Positions 9,552 through 18,991 of a DNA stretch of 50,180 bases are shown here, piece after piece; position 1 is the first letter of the stretch; each line of letters begins with the position of its first letter. The notes beneath the pieces were generated by a model. The model saw only the letters and a program-made list of their open reading frames with translations, was not told the DNA's origin and did no database searches. The DNA is from a virus (Duplodnaviria; Caudoviricetes): positions 1-50,180 of the IMG/VR virus record IMGVR_UViG_3300012899_000001; one strand, given 5' to 3'. Made by a program: the position numbers and the translations under genes.

Positions 9552-10207
9552 TCGCCTCCGCTACCGCGAGTCAGGAACGTGTTCATCGCGTTGCTGCCGT
9601 TGACCCCGGAGAAGTCGTTCGTGCCGGTGAAGCCTCCGCCCTGCCCGAACTTGCCCATGCCGGACTGCAGGCCGAAGCCCGCGAGCTGGCCGACGACCTG
9701 CGCCTGTCCGGCACGCTCAGTCAGCGCGGCCTCGGCGTCAGCGGTCGCCTGCCGGGCGCTGGTCGACGCCTGCTGCGCCAACGAGTCGCCGACGGCGGCG
9801 CGCTCACCGCGGCCTGTTGCCGCCAAGGAGCCCAGGGCCTGCGTGTAGGCGTCATCGACCTGCTGGTCTGCCATCGTGATGCCCAGCCCCTTGGACTTCG
9901 CAGCGTCGTCGCCCAGGCCCGTGATCGCCAGCTTCGAGCGCGACGATCCGAACGTGCCGTTGTTGGACAACTGTCTCTCGAGCGCGCCTTCGGCGGCGCC
10001 GAACCTGGCGGACGTGTCTGCGGCGGCACGCCCCTCGGCGCGGTTGCGCACGCTGGAGTCGGCCTTGCCCATCTCCTCGGCCTGCGCGATCAGGTTCTTC
10101 TGCACCGGCAGCCAGCGCTTCTCGTAGTCGAACATCTGGTTCGAGGCGAACTCGGCCAGCGCCCGCTGTTGCGGGGTTTCCTCGACTTCACCTCCACCTT
10201 TGCTCAT
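9548..10207 (-). CDS. putative internal virion protein
   Basis: MSKGGG start typical of podovirus ejection proteins; Ala/Gln-rich. Confidence 0.6.
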   Translation of the reverse strand: MSKGGGEVEETPQQRALAEFASNQMFDYEKRWLPVQKNLIAQAEEMGKADSSVRNRAEGRAAADTSARFGAAEGALERQLSNNGTFGSSRSKLAITGLGDDAAKSKGLGITMADQQVDDAYTQALGSLAATGRGERAAVGDSLAQQASTSARQATADAEAALTERAGQAQVVGQLAGFGLQSGMGKFGQGGGFTGTNDFSGVNGSNAMNTFLTRGSGGD

Positions 10208-10593
10208 TGGACAGCCCTCACGAATTCATTCGTTCCTCGGGGCGTCCATTCCGGACCCAGAAGACGCCGCCATCCCCGGCGACGCGACTGGAAGGCCACG
10301 GTCTGCGCGCCGAGTTCTCGGCCGATCGCAAGTACCGCGGCGAGTTGCCGCTCGAATGCGCCGCGGCGAAAGCCGACGACGATCCAGACAAAAAGCTCCA
10401 GGTCCGGTGCGCGTGCTCGAAGCTCAACCACCACCATGGCGTCGTCGCATACGAGGCAAAGGGCCTGCTTTGCCGCGCATTTTGCCTGAATCTCTACCAC
10501 CTCGGAAGCTGTCGCGATCGACGGCGGCAAACCGTCGCACACCGTGCCGATGACACTGGGCGCCGCGAACATGAAGTCGGTGTTGGAGATCAT
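10204..10593 (-). CDS. hypothetical, possibly GNAT-like virion assembly protein
   Basis: LFVWIVVG...GAQTVAFQSRRRGWRR; position before ejection genes as in T7 gp13-like genes. Confidence 0.45.
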   Translation of the reverse strand: MISNTDFMFAAPSVIGTVCDGLPPSIATASEVVEIQAKCAAKQALCLVCDDAMVVVELRARAPDLELFVWIVVGFRRGAFERQLAAVLAIGRELGAQTVAFQSRRRGWRRLLGPEWTPRGTNEFVRAVQ

Positions 10594-11846
10594 GCTCGGC
10601 CCACCCAAGCACCACCAGTTTTGATATAGAGCGTAGTTCCCACACCACCATCTGTACGGAACACAAAGTCTCCGTTGGCACCATCTGCATTACTCGGCGC
10701 ACCCGTGCACACATAGATTGCGCCGGCTGTTTGCAAAGCGCCCGGCGGTGTACTCGGGTAAAGCTTGCCTCGAAACTGGGCTTTTGTGGCGTCGACGACG
10801 ATTTGTGTCACGCCGTTAATCATCGTGACAATCGGATTAGACCCTGTTCGGATTATCACGCCCGCGTAGGCGAGGCCGGTGTTGAACGCCGAACCTGTCG
10901 AGTCGTCCGTCCCAAGGAAAAATGTCCCGCCGGTGTTGATAAAGCGCGCATAGACCGCATTGGTCCCTGTCGTCGACTCAAGGCTGTATACCGCAGCTGA
11001 TCCTTTCAGATCCATCGTGAAAACAGGTGTGGTGCCAAACCCGATACCGGTAGGGTTGGCCACCAACGTTGATGTCCAAGTGATATTGGTACCTGCGGTG
11101 CCACTGAGCGCGGTAAGGACTTGGTATTGGCTGCCCAAATACCTGCCACGCGCTGTTGCCGATGTGGTTTTGTATTTCCAGTTCGTACCATCGTAGTACG
11201 AGTTATGGACTACCTCCGTCCCAAGCCCGGAGATACCCGCAACACTGAACATACCGCCAGTGCTACCAAGATCCCATGCGGCCCCGCCAGTACCTGCAGT
11301 CAAGTCCCACGCAGAAGGCGCAATCGCAAAAGACACTTTTGCGTTGAACCGGTGGTTGCCAGACCATGTCGGAGCAATCGATTGATCCAGCGGTGGCGCA
11401 GCGTCGCTGCGCATGTACGTCGCCGCCGTGCCGTTGACCGCAGTCAAGCCTACCGACGCGGTCGGATCAGCAGGCAGCGGGGTCGCATCGGTCGGGCCGA
11501 CGTTCCAGCCACTGGCGTGTGTGTAGACGAGTTGACGACCTGGCTGCAGCGTCGTCTTGACCTGCTCGTACAGCGTGCCGCTGTCGTTGAGCCGCACCGT
11601 GACCGTGGCTGCTGCGGTATCCGTGTTGCTGATCGCGATGTAGTCGATGTCCCGTACCGCGCCGCTGGCCGGCGCCGCACAGATCGTGACCGCGACGGCG
11701 CTGTTCGTGAGCGTCAACTGCGCTGCACCGGTGTACACGGCCGACGTGCCATCGCTGTAGCCAACCGTGACCGGCAGTTGGTTCGTCGTGATCGCACCAG
11801 CGAGGATCGCCTGGAGGGATCGCGTGGTGGTGTTGAGTCGAATCAT
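10590..11846 (-). CDS. tail fiber / receptor-binding protein
   Basis: Thr/Gly-rich beta protein; start MIRLN overlaps upstream stop (ATGA); C-terminal half lower in GC. Confidence 0.65.
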   Translation of the reverse strand: MIRLNTTTRSLQAILAGAITTNQLPVTVGYSDGTSAVYTGAAQLTLTNSAVAVTICAAPASGAVRDIDYIAISNTDTAAATVTVRLNDSGTLYEQVKTTLQPGRQLVYTHASGWNVGPTDATPLPADPTASVGLTAVNGTAATYMRSDAAPPLDQSIAPTWSGNHRFNAKVSFAIAPSAWDLTAGTGGAAWDLGSTGGMFSVAGISGLGTEVVHNSYYDGTNWKYKTTSATARGRYLGSQYQVLTALSGTAGTNITWTSTLVANPTGIGFGTTPVFTMDLKGSAAVYSLESTTGTNAVYARFINTGGTFFLGTDDSTGSAFNTGLAYAGVIIRTGSNPIVTMINGVTQIVVDATKAQFRGKLYPSTPPGALQTAGAIYVCTGAPSNADGANGDFVFRTDGGVGTTLYIKTGGAWVGRA

Positions 11847-12622
11847 CCATGCCTCGCAGCGAAAGCCAGAAGGTCGCCAAACGGCAACGCCGTCGACACT
11901 GTATTCGTACCGATCTTCGACAGCACACCATCGTGCTGTGCATCGAACGACTGTGCGAGCTCGAACGCATCCCGCATCAGCTTCCACGACGCAGGCAAGA
12001 AGTCCTCGTAGCCGGCGGCGTACAGGGGCTGCACCAGCAACGTCGGCCAGGCAGCGCGCACGTCGAACTGCTCCGTGCCGGTGGCGACTCCGACGGGCAC
12101 CGCCACGTCAGCGTAGCTCGGGTGCTGCGTGAGGCCGCCACCGTTCTGTGCGTACACCGCGCGCCCGGCCTCGAAGCCGGCCCCGATGACCTGCATCGAC
12201 CCCGACAGGCGCACCGTCACCGGGGCGCCGAGCGCTGCACTGGTGGCCGCCACGCCGATCGCGGCGAACACCGCTGTCGGGTCCTGCGTGTCGACCGGCG
12301 ACACACCACCGTTGGTCGTTGGATACACCGAGTCGCGCACGGAAATCGCGGCGTCAGCACGGTACACGGCGGTCGGGCCGATGACGCTCGCTTCGAGCGC
12401 ATTGAGCTGGGCCTGCAACGCAGCGATCTGGGCCTGCATCGCTGCGATCGTGGCGTTGCCTTGCGCAGCGTTGTACGTCGTCTGGTTGGCCTGAGTTCCT
12501 ACCGTGCCGATCGCTGCGTTGAGTTCACGGACGCACTCGCGCACTGCGTTGAGCGCGTTGTTGATGTCGCGCACATCGACGGACTTGACGACCGGAATGG
12601 ACGACAGCTTGTTCGTAGCCAT
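11843..12622 (-). CDS. structural protein: coiled coil plus DUF2190/cement-like beta domain
   Basis: AIGVAATSAALGAPVTVRLSG...AGRAVY pattern. Confidence 0.55.
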   Translation of the reverse strand: MATNKLSSIPVVKSVDVRDINNALNAVRECVRELNAAIGTVGTQANQTTYNAAQGNATIAAMQAQIAALQAQLNALEASVIGPTAVYRADAAISVRDSVYPTTNGGVSPVDTQDPTAVFAAIGVAATSAALGAPVTVRLSGSMQVIGAGFEAGRAVYAQNGGGLTQHPSYADVAVPVGVATGTEQFDVRAAWPTLLVQPLYAAGYEDFLPASWKLMRDAFELAQSFDAQHDGVLSKIGTNTVSTALPFGDLLAFAARHG

Positions 12623-15600
12623 CAGTCGAACTCCTCGATGTCTTCAGCGACCTGAACCGTGCGCACACGCGAGGTGCCCAGGAACTCGATCTCGAACGTC
12701 GTGTAGTCGTTGTCCTGCGGGAGCGTGAACGGCGTCTCGTCGGAGATCACCTCCTCCATCAGCAGCACCCCGTCTGCGTACAGCCGAAGCACCAGGTTGT
12801 CGTAGTCGTCGGCACGAACCTGGCCGTACTTGAACACCGCTGGGTGGGCCAGCAGGTTCAGTTTGCCGAGCCACCGATAGACCATCTGGCCATCACCATC
12901 CGGCGAGTCGAACGTGTAGATGCTCAGCCCGTCGACATCGGTTGGTGCCGTGCTGGGCAATGGCAGGTATACGTCCGTGGGCTCGGTCAACGAATCGAGC
13001 ACCAGATACAGGTAGTCCGTCAGTGGATCAGCGAAGCACGCCGACGCGTGGTAGCTCAACTCGATGAGCCCGAAACCGTCTGGCTTCATGTCAAGCGCGT
13101 AGCCGAATTCAGGCGGCAGCACGACGGATCCCGGATCCGGATACGGCTGCGTTGGCGGAGTGAAGCCTGCACCGCCGTAGGGGGCGCTGTCCGTCACAAC
13201 ACGGATCTCGTCCAGCTTCCCGTTAAACGTGTTGCCGGTACCGAAGTTGTCGAAGAAGCACAGCGTCGTGTTGGCGCTGAAATCACGTGCGTCGACAACG
13301 GTGAATTCAGGCACGCCATTCACGTACGCATGGATGACCCCATCCATGCGCTCGAAAGCGATGTGCGCCGTCACGTTGTCAGGAATCACTGTGGTCCCTA
13401 CGACCGTGGTGCCATCACTGGACCGGTAGTGCAACAGGTTGCTGTCCTGGCAGAACTCGAAGCCCATGCCGGCACCCCCGGCCAGCCTGTTGCTGAAGAA
13501 CGTGCGCTTGGTGAACGCAGTACCGTTCGAGTTCTGACTCCACATGTCGATGCCAAAGTCGCCCGTGAATCCGAGGTCTGAATACGGACCGATAGTCACG
13601 CGACCACCTGAACTGACCCCGCACGCCGGGCCGAATTTGATGCTGGGTGCCTGCTGCGATGCATCTGGCACGCTGACGATCACTTTGCTGGAGCCACTGC
13701 TGTCCAAGAAGACAGTTCCGTCATCCAAGTTGTCGCAATGCATCAGCAACCCCACAGCCGCAGGGATAGGCGTCAGGCGATAGAAGAAGTGGTAGACGTC
13801 ATCGTGTGCCACCGCCGTGATCGTCTCTGGCTTCAGCGCTTGCCATTGCTTGCGCGTGAAAATGCCGCTCGTGAGGTTGCGCACGTTGCCGTTGCCGGCG
13901 ACTGCGATGAGCCCATCCGGCGACGCGAACACAACACCGATGCCGGTGAGATACGCGAGCGAACGCTTGGCCACGCAAGCCTGCGGTACCTCGAGCTTCG
14001 TCATGCTGTACGCGGCGGGGTCCGTGCCGATCGCCAGGTAGATGAAGTTCTGCGTGCCGATGACCACCGTGGTGTCGATCACGCCGATTGCCACGATGTC
14101 GGTATCGACGTTCAGGCGATACTCCACCGGCCACGCGTGCGGGTAGTTCTGCGCCGACAGGCACAACTGGTTCTTGCTGAACCCAGCCAGCACGCCGTTT
14201 GGCAGTGCCACCAGTCCGTGCAGGTCGTCCGGAGGGAGCGCCCACAGTTCCGACTGCAGCACTTCACCGAGTTCGGTATCCGGGATCGAGTCGACGTAGT
14301 CGGCCTGCGCGAGCGGGATCTCGGCGACGAACTGGTACGACGTTCCGGTGGCCCCGCTGACGGCGCGGTAGATGCGCTTCGTCGCGATCCCGTAGTCGTC
14401 GAAACCACTTGGCAGCACCGTCGCGGTCGTGACGGTGATCGCGATGCCATCGGGACGCAGCACCGTGGCGCTGGCGAAACTCGGCGCCGATTCCTGCCCC
14501 AGGTCGTTGACGTAGGTGTAGACGTAGTTCGTCGCAACGTTCGCCGCGATGTAGCCGGTCGCACCCGAGCCTTGCACCAGGATGTTGTCGTAGTACGTAC
14601 GGTAGCGATCGACCCCGTCGTTGTTGTTGGTCTCGCTGTAGAAACCGCAGTAGTCGCCGTTCAGGAACGTACCGGTCGCAGTGACGGCTGCCAACTGCAC
14701 CGAGCCGAGTGACAACGTTGCGGTGACGGTCTGCGTGCCGTCGCTGTTCGTCAGCATCTGGACCTCGCACGTGTACCACGTACTGAAGCTGATCGGCACC
14801 GGACTGCTCGCGACCAACGACGACTGCCCGATGATGGTCCACCCTTGCGCCGATCCGATGCTGAGCACACCCTGTCCGGGAGACGACTGAGCCAGTCCGA
14901 CCACCACACCGGCGCCCGCCAGCGTGCGCATGATCCCCGCGTTCATCTGGAAATCGTTGCCGCTGCCCGAGGTCATGTAGAAGTCGAACGACTCGCGCAC
15001 CACAGTGCACTTCTCGACACCGAAGTTCCGGTACAGGTACGACGGTGCGCCCGGGTTGTCATCGAACAACGTCTCGTAGCTCGGTGCCGGATGCCCGACG
15101 ACTGCGCTTTGCTGCACGATCGTCGCGCCACCGTGCGCAAACTGGCTCGGCGCACCCGTCCAGTTCGTCGCGAACTGATCGCCCGAGTCGAGGATGTCGA
15201 CGTTGAACGTGGTCGGGTTCGGGTCGATACCGGCCACCACCGTCGGAGCTGCATTCGGACCCGGCACGCCCAGCGGCCTTGTGGTGCTGGGGTAGGGCTC
15301 CGCACCGCTGGTGGCCATCTCGTAGTTCGTGAACTGCGGCCGCTCGTAGACATCAGGCCCGGTCAGGAAGGTCCTGTAGGTGGTATCGCCAGCGACCGCG
15401 CCGCGCGCTGCGTTCACGTCCGCAGACCACGACAACCACACGTCCTTCAACTTGTAGATCGTCTCGACCGGGCTGGTCGAGTTGGCGAGATCGTGCTCGA
15501 GCGCGAACTGGCGCCACGCCTCCAGGTCGCCCGTCAGCAGGCGCGAGTTCGTCGCGTCCTGTGCGGCATTGTCTGGCAGCGCACGGGGGGTGACACGGGG

Positions 15601-15636
15601 CGCCTCGCCCCGGAAAGAGTTGATTGCAATGCGCAT
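12622..15636 (-). CDS. tail nozzle/stabilization (tubular B-like) protein with inserted lectin-like domains
   Basis: MRIAINSFRGEAPR start, YVYTYVNDLGQES, PHAWPVEY, GVVFASPDGL core motifs; LamG-like FNGKLDEIRV insertion. Confidence 0.7.
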   Translation of the reverse strand: MRIAINSFRGEAPRVTPRALPDNAAQDATNSRLLTGDLEAWRQFALEHDLANSTSPVETIYKLKDVWLSWSADVNAARGAVAGDTTYRTFLTGPDVYERPQFTNYEMATSGAEPYPSTTRPLGVPGPNAAPTVVAGIDPNPTTFNVDILDSGDQFATNWTGAPSQFAHGGATIVQQSAVVGHPAPSYETLFDDNPGAPSYLYRNFGVEKCTVVRESFDFYMTSGSGNDFQMNAGIMRTLAGAGVVVGLAQSSPGQGVLSIGSAQGWTIIGQSSLVASSPVPISFSTWYTCEVQMLTNSDGTQTVTATLSLGSVQLAAVTATGTFLNGDYCGFYSETNNNDGVDRYRTYYDNILVQGSGATGYIAANVATNYVYTYVNDLGQESAPSFASATVLRPDGIAITVTTATVLPSGFDDYGIATKRIYRAVSGATGTSYQFVAEIPLAQADYVDSIPDTELGEVLQSELWALPPDDLHGLVALPNGVLAGFSKNQLCLSAQNYPHAWPVEYRLNVDTDIVAIGVIDTTVVIGTQNFIYLAIGTDPAAYSMTKLEVPQACVAKRSLAYLTGIGVVFASPDGLIAVAGNGNVRNLTSGIFTRKQWQALKPETITAVAHDDVYHFFYRLTPIPAAVGLLMHCDNLDDGTVFLDSSGSSKVIVSVPDASQQAPSIKFGPACGVSSGGRVTIGPYSDLGFTGDFGIDMWSQNSNGTAFTKRTFFSNRLAGGAGMGFEFCQDSNLLHYRSSDGTTVVGTTVIPDNVTAHIAFERMDGVIHAYVNGVPEFTVVDARDFSANTTLCFFDNFGTGNTFNGKLDEIRVVTDSAPYGGAGFTPPTQPYPDPGSVVLPPEFGYALDMKPDGFGLIELSYHASACFADPLTDYLYLVLDSLTEPTDVYLPLPSTAPTDVDGLSIYTFDSPDGDGQMVYRWLGKLNLLAHPAVFKYGQVRADDYDNLVLRLYADGVLLMEEVISDETPFTLPQDNDYTTFEIEFLGTSRVRTVQVAEDIEEFD

Positions 15637-15637
15637 C

Positions 15638-15856
15638 TCACACCACGGGGATCACGACAGTGATCACGTTCGCGCTCTCTCCTTCCCCGCGCGTGACGGA
15701 GAACGGTTGGCCGGAGCCGCCCGAGACGAAGTTCACGGTGTCCGCATCGGGACCCCCGAGATTCACCCCGTTGAACTGGAACTGGATGAAGGTGGGGAAG
15801 TCGTCCGGAGTGGGGACAGGCCAGTTCGCGGACAGCGGTGAAAAACCGAAGCTCAT
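15638..15856 (-). CDS. small hypothetical structural protein (72 aa)
   Basis: GGAGG RBS, TGATG coupling with upstream gene. Confidence 0.6.
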   Translation of the reverse strand: MSFGFSPLSANWPVPTPDDFPTFIQFQFNGVNLGGPDADTVNFVSGGSGQPFSVTRGEGESANVITVVIPVV

Positions 15857-16536
15857 CAGAAGCCTCCTGGTCGGTTGAACGCATTCCACGCGACGCCGAA
15901 TGGTCGCGAGCGAGCACGCTGTGCGCCGGTGTTGTAGTTGCGCTGAACCTCGGCCTTGCCGTTGGCGATGCCGGCACCGAACTCGCGCTGCTTCTTCACG
16001 GACTCCGGCTGGTTGAACCAGGGCGTGTCCTTCATGCCCAGCAGGTACGCGAGCGCGCCGGCCTCGAACGTGGTGCTGTACTTCTTCAGCGGCTGCGACG
16101 GTACCTGCACGGCACCGTCCTTCGGCTGCACGATCGCGTTGTATGTGATGTTGTAGATGCCGTTGGGCGTCGGGTTCAGCGCCACCTGGCCTTCGGGCGT
16201 GTACGCCGCGCGCAGCGGCTGCCCGGGGCTGATGAGCGGGTTCCAGTCCGCTGGGTTGCTCATCTGGATCGGCCACGAGTTCGGCGGGCTGAGCGCCGGG
16301 TCCGAGCCTCCGATCGCGTACAGGCCGATGATCTCGAGCAGCGGGTCATCGCCCAGGTCGTAGAGCACCGTGTTGGCCTCGGTGGCGCCTGCGGCCGTGA
16401 TGCGCAGCCACTGCGTCTGCGCGCACCAGTCGCGCATTGCGCGCACGTAGGCGCGGCGCAACGTCACGTCAGGGCAGCCGCGCACGATCTGCGCGACGTT
16501 GGCCATCTGATCGAACACGTCGACGAAGGTGGTCAT
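15856..16536 (-). CDS. head-tail adaptor / tail tubular A-like protein
   Basis: MTTFVDVF start; GALAYLLGMKDTPWFN motif; synteny. Confidence 0.6.
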   Translation of the reverse strand: MTTFVDVFDQMANVAQIVRGCPDVTLRRAYVRAMRDWCAQTQWLRITAAGATEANTVLYDLGDDPLLEIIGLYAIGGSDPALSPPNSWPIQMSNPADWNPLISPGQPLRAAYTPEGQVALNPTPNGIYNITYNAIVQPKDGAVQVPSQPLKKYSTTFEAGALAYLLGMKDTPWFNQPESVKKQREFGAGIANGKAEVQRNYNTGAQRARSRPFGVAWNAFNRPGGF

Positions 16537-17183
16537 TGCGCGTCTCCGTTCTCGGCGACGCGCGGCGCGAGCGCGTACTGCGACTTGGTCTTCAGGCCCA
16601 TCGTCTGGCGGTACTGGCCCATGTAGCCGTTGAACTTCGCCAGGTCCTGCTTCTTGCTGCTCACGCCGTAGCACTTGGCCAGGACGTAGTTGACCAGCGC
16701 GCCCTCGTAGACGTCGAGCACGACCATCTCCTGGTCGACGCTAGTCACCTCCGGCGGGCACGCGCCGTACAGCAGCTCGACACTGCCCGCGCCGTTGTTC
16801 GGTGGGAACACCTGGTAGCGCAACGGGTCGCGAGGGTCGGTCGTGAAGTGCTCGACCTGCGCTTGGCGGGTGCCCGCCGGCCAGAAGCGGCTGGCCTCGT
16901 TCAGCAGGTCGCGCTGAACCTGCGTGATGACGCGGCCCCCGTTGGCCACGCTGTTGCGGATGACGTTGAGCACGCCGACGCCGTCCGCCGGGATCTGCTG
17001 CAGCTCGCCGGCGACGAGGGTGACGAACTCGCACTTCGTGTAGAAGTCGAGCTTCTCGCCGGCCGTCGAACGCAGCGCCTCGGTCAGGAACATCAGCAGC
17101 TCGTCGTTGCTGTACGCGCGCGCCGCGCCATCCAGCGTGGTCTTGCGGACGCTGTCGAGGATGGTGGCCGCGGTGATCGTCAT
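16533..17183 (-). CDS. head-tail adaptor (DUF6682-like)
   Basis: YSNDELLMFLTEA, DPRDPLRYQVFPP, ALVNYVLAKCY motifs. Confidence 0.6.
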   Translation of the reverse strand: MTITAATILDSVRKTTLDGAARAYSNDELLMFLTEALRSTAGEKLDFYTKCEFVTLVAGELQQIPADGVGVLNVIRNSVANGGRVITQVQRDLLNEASRFWPAGTRQAQVEHFTTDPRDPLRYQVFPPNNGAGSVELLYGACPPEVTSVDQEMVVLDVYEGALVNYVLAKCYGVSSKKQDLAKFNGYMGQYRQTMGLKTKSQYALAPRVAENGDAQ

Positions 17184-17186
17184 GGA

Positions 17187-17690
17187 TCAGGCCAGCGGGC
17201 GTTCGGTCACGGCGCCGGCGGCACGCGCCAGCTCGCCCACCTGGGCGCGCAGCGCCTTCAGGCCGCCGGCCGGGCTCAGGGTCTTGTTGTACTCCTGCTG
17301 CGCGAACTCGATGAGCTCGTTGACGGTGGCCGTGCCGATGTCGAAGGGCTCGACATCCGCCAGCACCACACCGCGACGCGCGGGGGCCGCGGGCTCGCTG
17401 GTGTCGTTCACCGTCTGGATCTTGAAGCCCGACGACTCGATCCACTTCATGCGCTCTTCTTCCGACGCCTTCAGGCTGCCGGTGTACGGGCGGTAGTTCG
17501 GGTGCGGCAGTCGCGCCGGGATCACCTGGCCGCTCGGTGCCTTTTCCGCCGGGCGCCCGCCCAGCATCGGCACGTTCGGAATCAGGCGACCGTCCTTGAT
17601 GTTGATCAGGAACGGGATTTTCGTGTTCTGCTTGTTCCGCGCGGCGCGCTCGGCAATCATCCGCGACTCTTGGGCTTCGTTGATGGGCAT
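17187..17690 (-). CDS. hypothetical protein in head module
   Basis: 167-aa ORF with phage-like codon use. Confidence 0.6.
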   Translation of the reverse strand: MPINEAQESRMIAERAARNKQNTKIPFLINIKDGRLIPNVPMLGGRPAEKAPSGQVIPARLPHPNYRPYTGSLKASEEERMKWIESSGFKIQTVNDTSEPAAPARRGVVLADVEPFDIGTATVNELIEFAQQEYNKTLSPAGGLKALRAQVGELARAAGAVTERPLA

Positions 17691-17714
17691 GTGAACCTCG
17701 GTGGTGGGGTGGCG

Positions 17715-17740
17715 AAAAACCGGCGCCCGAAGGCGCCGGT
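17715..17740 (-). terminator. rho-independent terminator
   Basis: ACCGGCGCC-TTCG-GGCGCCGGT followed by T-run on minus strand. Confidence 0.8.
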
Positions 17741-17755
17741 CACGGGGTCAACGGC

Positions 17756-17959
17756 TCAGGAGCCGTCGGGGCTGGTGCCCGGCGTCAGCGCGCGCTTGAA
17801 CGGACCGCTCGTCTTGCCGCCACCGCCGGGCTGGTTGCCCAGGGTGCCGCTCGGGTAGCGGGCCTTGGCCTTGCCACCGTCCTTGCTCAGTTCGCTCGAC
17901 ACCGTCTCCGGCGTCATCTTCACGGGCATGCCCGGGCCGTAGGGGGAACTCGTCTTCAT
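17756..17959 (-). CDS. small Gly/Pro/Lys-rich protein downstream of capsid
   Basis: AAGGAAG RBS, MKTSSPYGPG start. Confidence 0.6.
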   Translation of the reverse strand: MKTSSPYGPGMPVKMTPETVSSELSKDGGKAKARYPSGTLGNQPGGGGKTSGPFKRALTPGTSPDGS

Positions 17960-17992
17960 GGTGCTTCCTTTCAGGTTGCAGGGGTTGCGGTC

Positions 17993-18012
17993 AGGTGGGC
18001 CGAAGCCCACCT
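17993..18012 (-). other. UUCG stem-loop just after capsid stop
   Basis: AGGTGGGC-TTCG-GCCCACCT, no U-tract; probably an mRNA-stabilising hairpin. Confidence 0.6.
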
Positions 18013-18018
18013 TCACGA

Positions 18019-18951
18019 TCAGCCGCGGCGCACGACGGCGGTGCCGACGTAGTTCGGGCCGATGACCTGGTAGCCGAACACCATCAGGCCGCGAATCACG
18101 TAGCCGAAGTCGTTCGGATTGTCGATCATCTGGCACTCGACGATCTGGGCCGCGAACGTCAGGCCGGCCGAGTGGCCGAACATCAGGTACGTGGCCGGGC
18201 CCGGCGAGGTCTGGCGCAGCAGGTTGCGCGACTGGTACAGCGTGAACCGGTCGATCTCGCCGACCTTGCCGTTGCGCGCGATCGACACGCTGTCGCCGGT
18301 CAGGGACGCGATCTTCAGGTCCGACTGCTTGATCAGCGCCATCACCCACGGCGGGGCCACCAGCCAGCGGCCTTCGTCCGGCACGTTCTGCTCGTCGAGC
18401 ACCGTGCCGCAGTCGACGATGAAGTCGACGACGGTGGTCTTGGTCAGCGAGACCGGGGTGGTCGAGTCGCCCAGGTTGATGCTGTCCGAGTCGGCGCCGG
18501 CGCGGGTGCCGCTGTTGTCGGCGGACACCTCGGCCGGGATCGTCTCGAGCATGTCGGCGTCGGCCGCGATGCGCAGCTGGATCGAGCCGTCGTTGGCGAA
18601 CACGTCCGCCATGTCGACGCTGGACTGGCGCATGTTCACCAGGTTCAGCGCGACCGCGAACGACTTCGCCTGGTCGATCGACAGCGTGACCGAGTTGGAA
18701 CCCGGGTACTGCGCCGACAGGCCTGCGCCGACGACGTAGTCCGAGACCACGACGTCGGGGACGGTGCGGATGATCACGTTCGAGCCGAAGCCCGCGATCT
18801 CACCCTCGTAGTCGGTCGTGGCGATCTCGCCGAAGACGGTCGACTTGTAGAACTTCTCGACCAGCTTCCCCGAGTAAATCTCCGGGATGTAGTCGATCGT
18901 GCCGGTGGGGCCGTAGTCCGGCACGCCGGATGCTTGTGGAACGCCTGCCAT
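18019..18951 (-). CDS. major capsid protein
   Basis: IPEIYSGKLVEKFY, TDYEGEI, LDEQNVPDEGRWLV, IRGLMVFGYQV motifs of podovirus MCPs. Confidence 0.85.
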   Translation of the reverse strand: MAGVPQASGVPDYGPTGTIDYIPEIYSGKLVEKFYKSTVFGEIATTDYEGEIAGFGSNVIIRTVPDVVVSDYVVGAGLSAQYPGSNSVTLSIDQAKSFAVALNLVNMRQSSVDMADVFANDGSIQLRIAADADMLETIPAEVSADNSGTRAGADSDSINLGDSTTPVSLTKTTVVDFIVDCGTVLDEQNVPDEGRWLVAPPWVMALIKQSDLKIASLTGDSVSIARNGKVGEIDRFTLYQSRNLLRQTSPGPATYLMFGHSAGLTFAAQIVECQMIDNPNDFGYVIRGLMVFGYQVIGPNYVGTAVVRRG

Positions 18952-18991
18952 GGAGCTCTCCTAAATTCGTTGGGCTGTTGGCCCCACGATT

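Noticed and set aside
11210-11240. GTCCCAAGCCCGG resembling a twister ribozyme segment
   Set aside because: Lies antisense within the tail-fiber CDS and the other twister elements were not found
10590-11846. Diversity-generating retroelement targeting the tail fiber (as in BPP-1)
   Set aside because: No reverse transcriptase ORF and no TR/VR near-duplicate differing at adenines was seen
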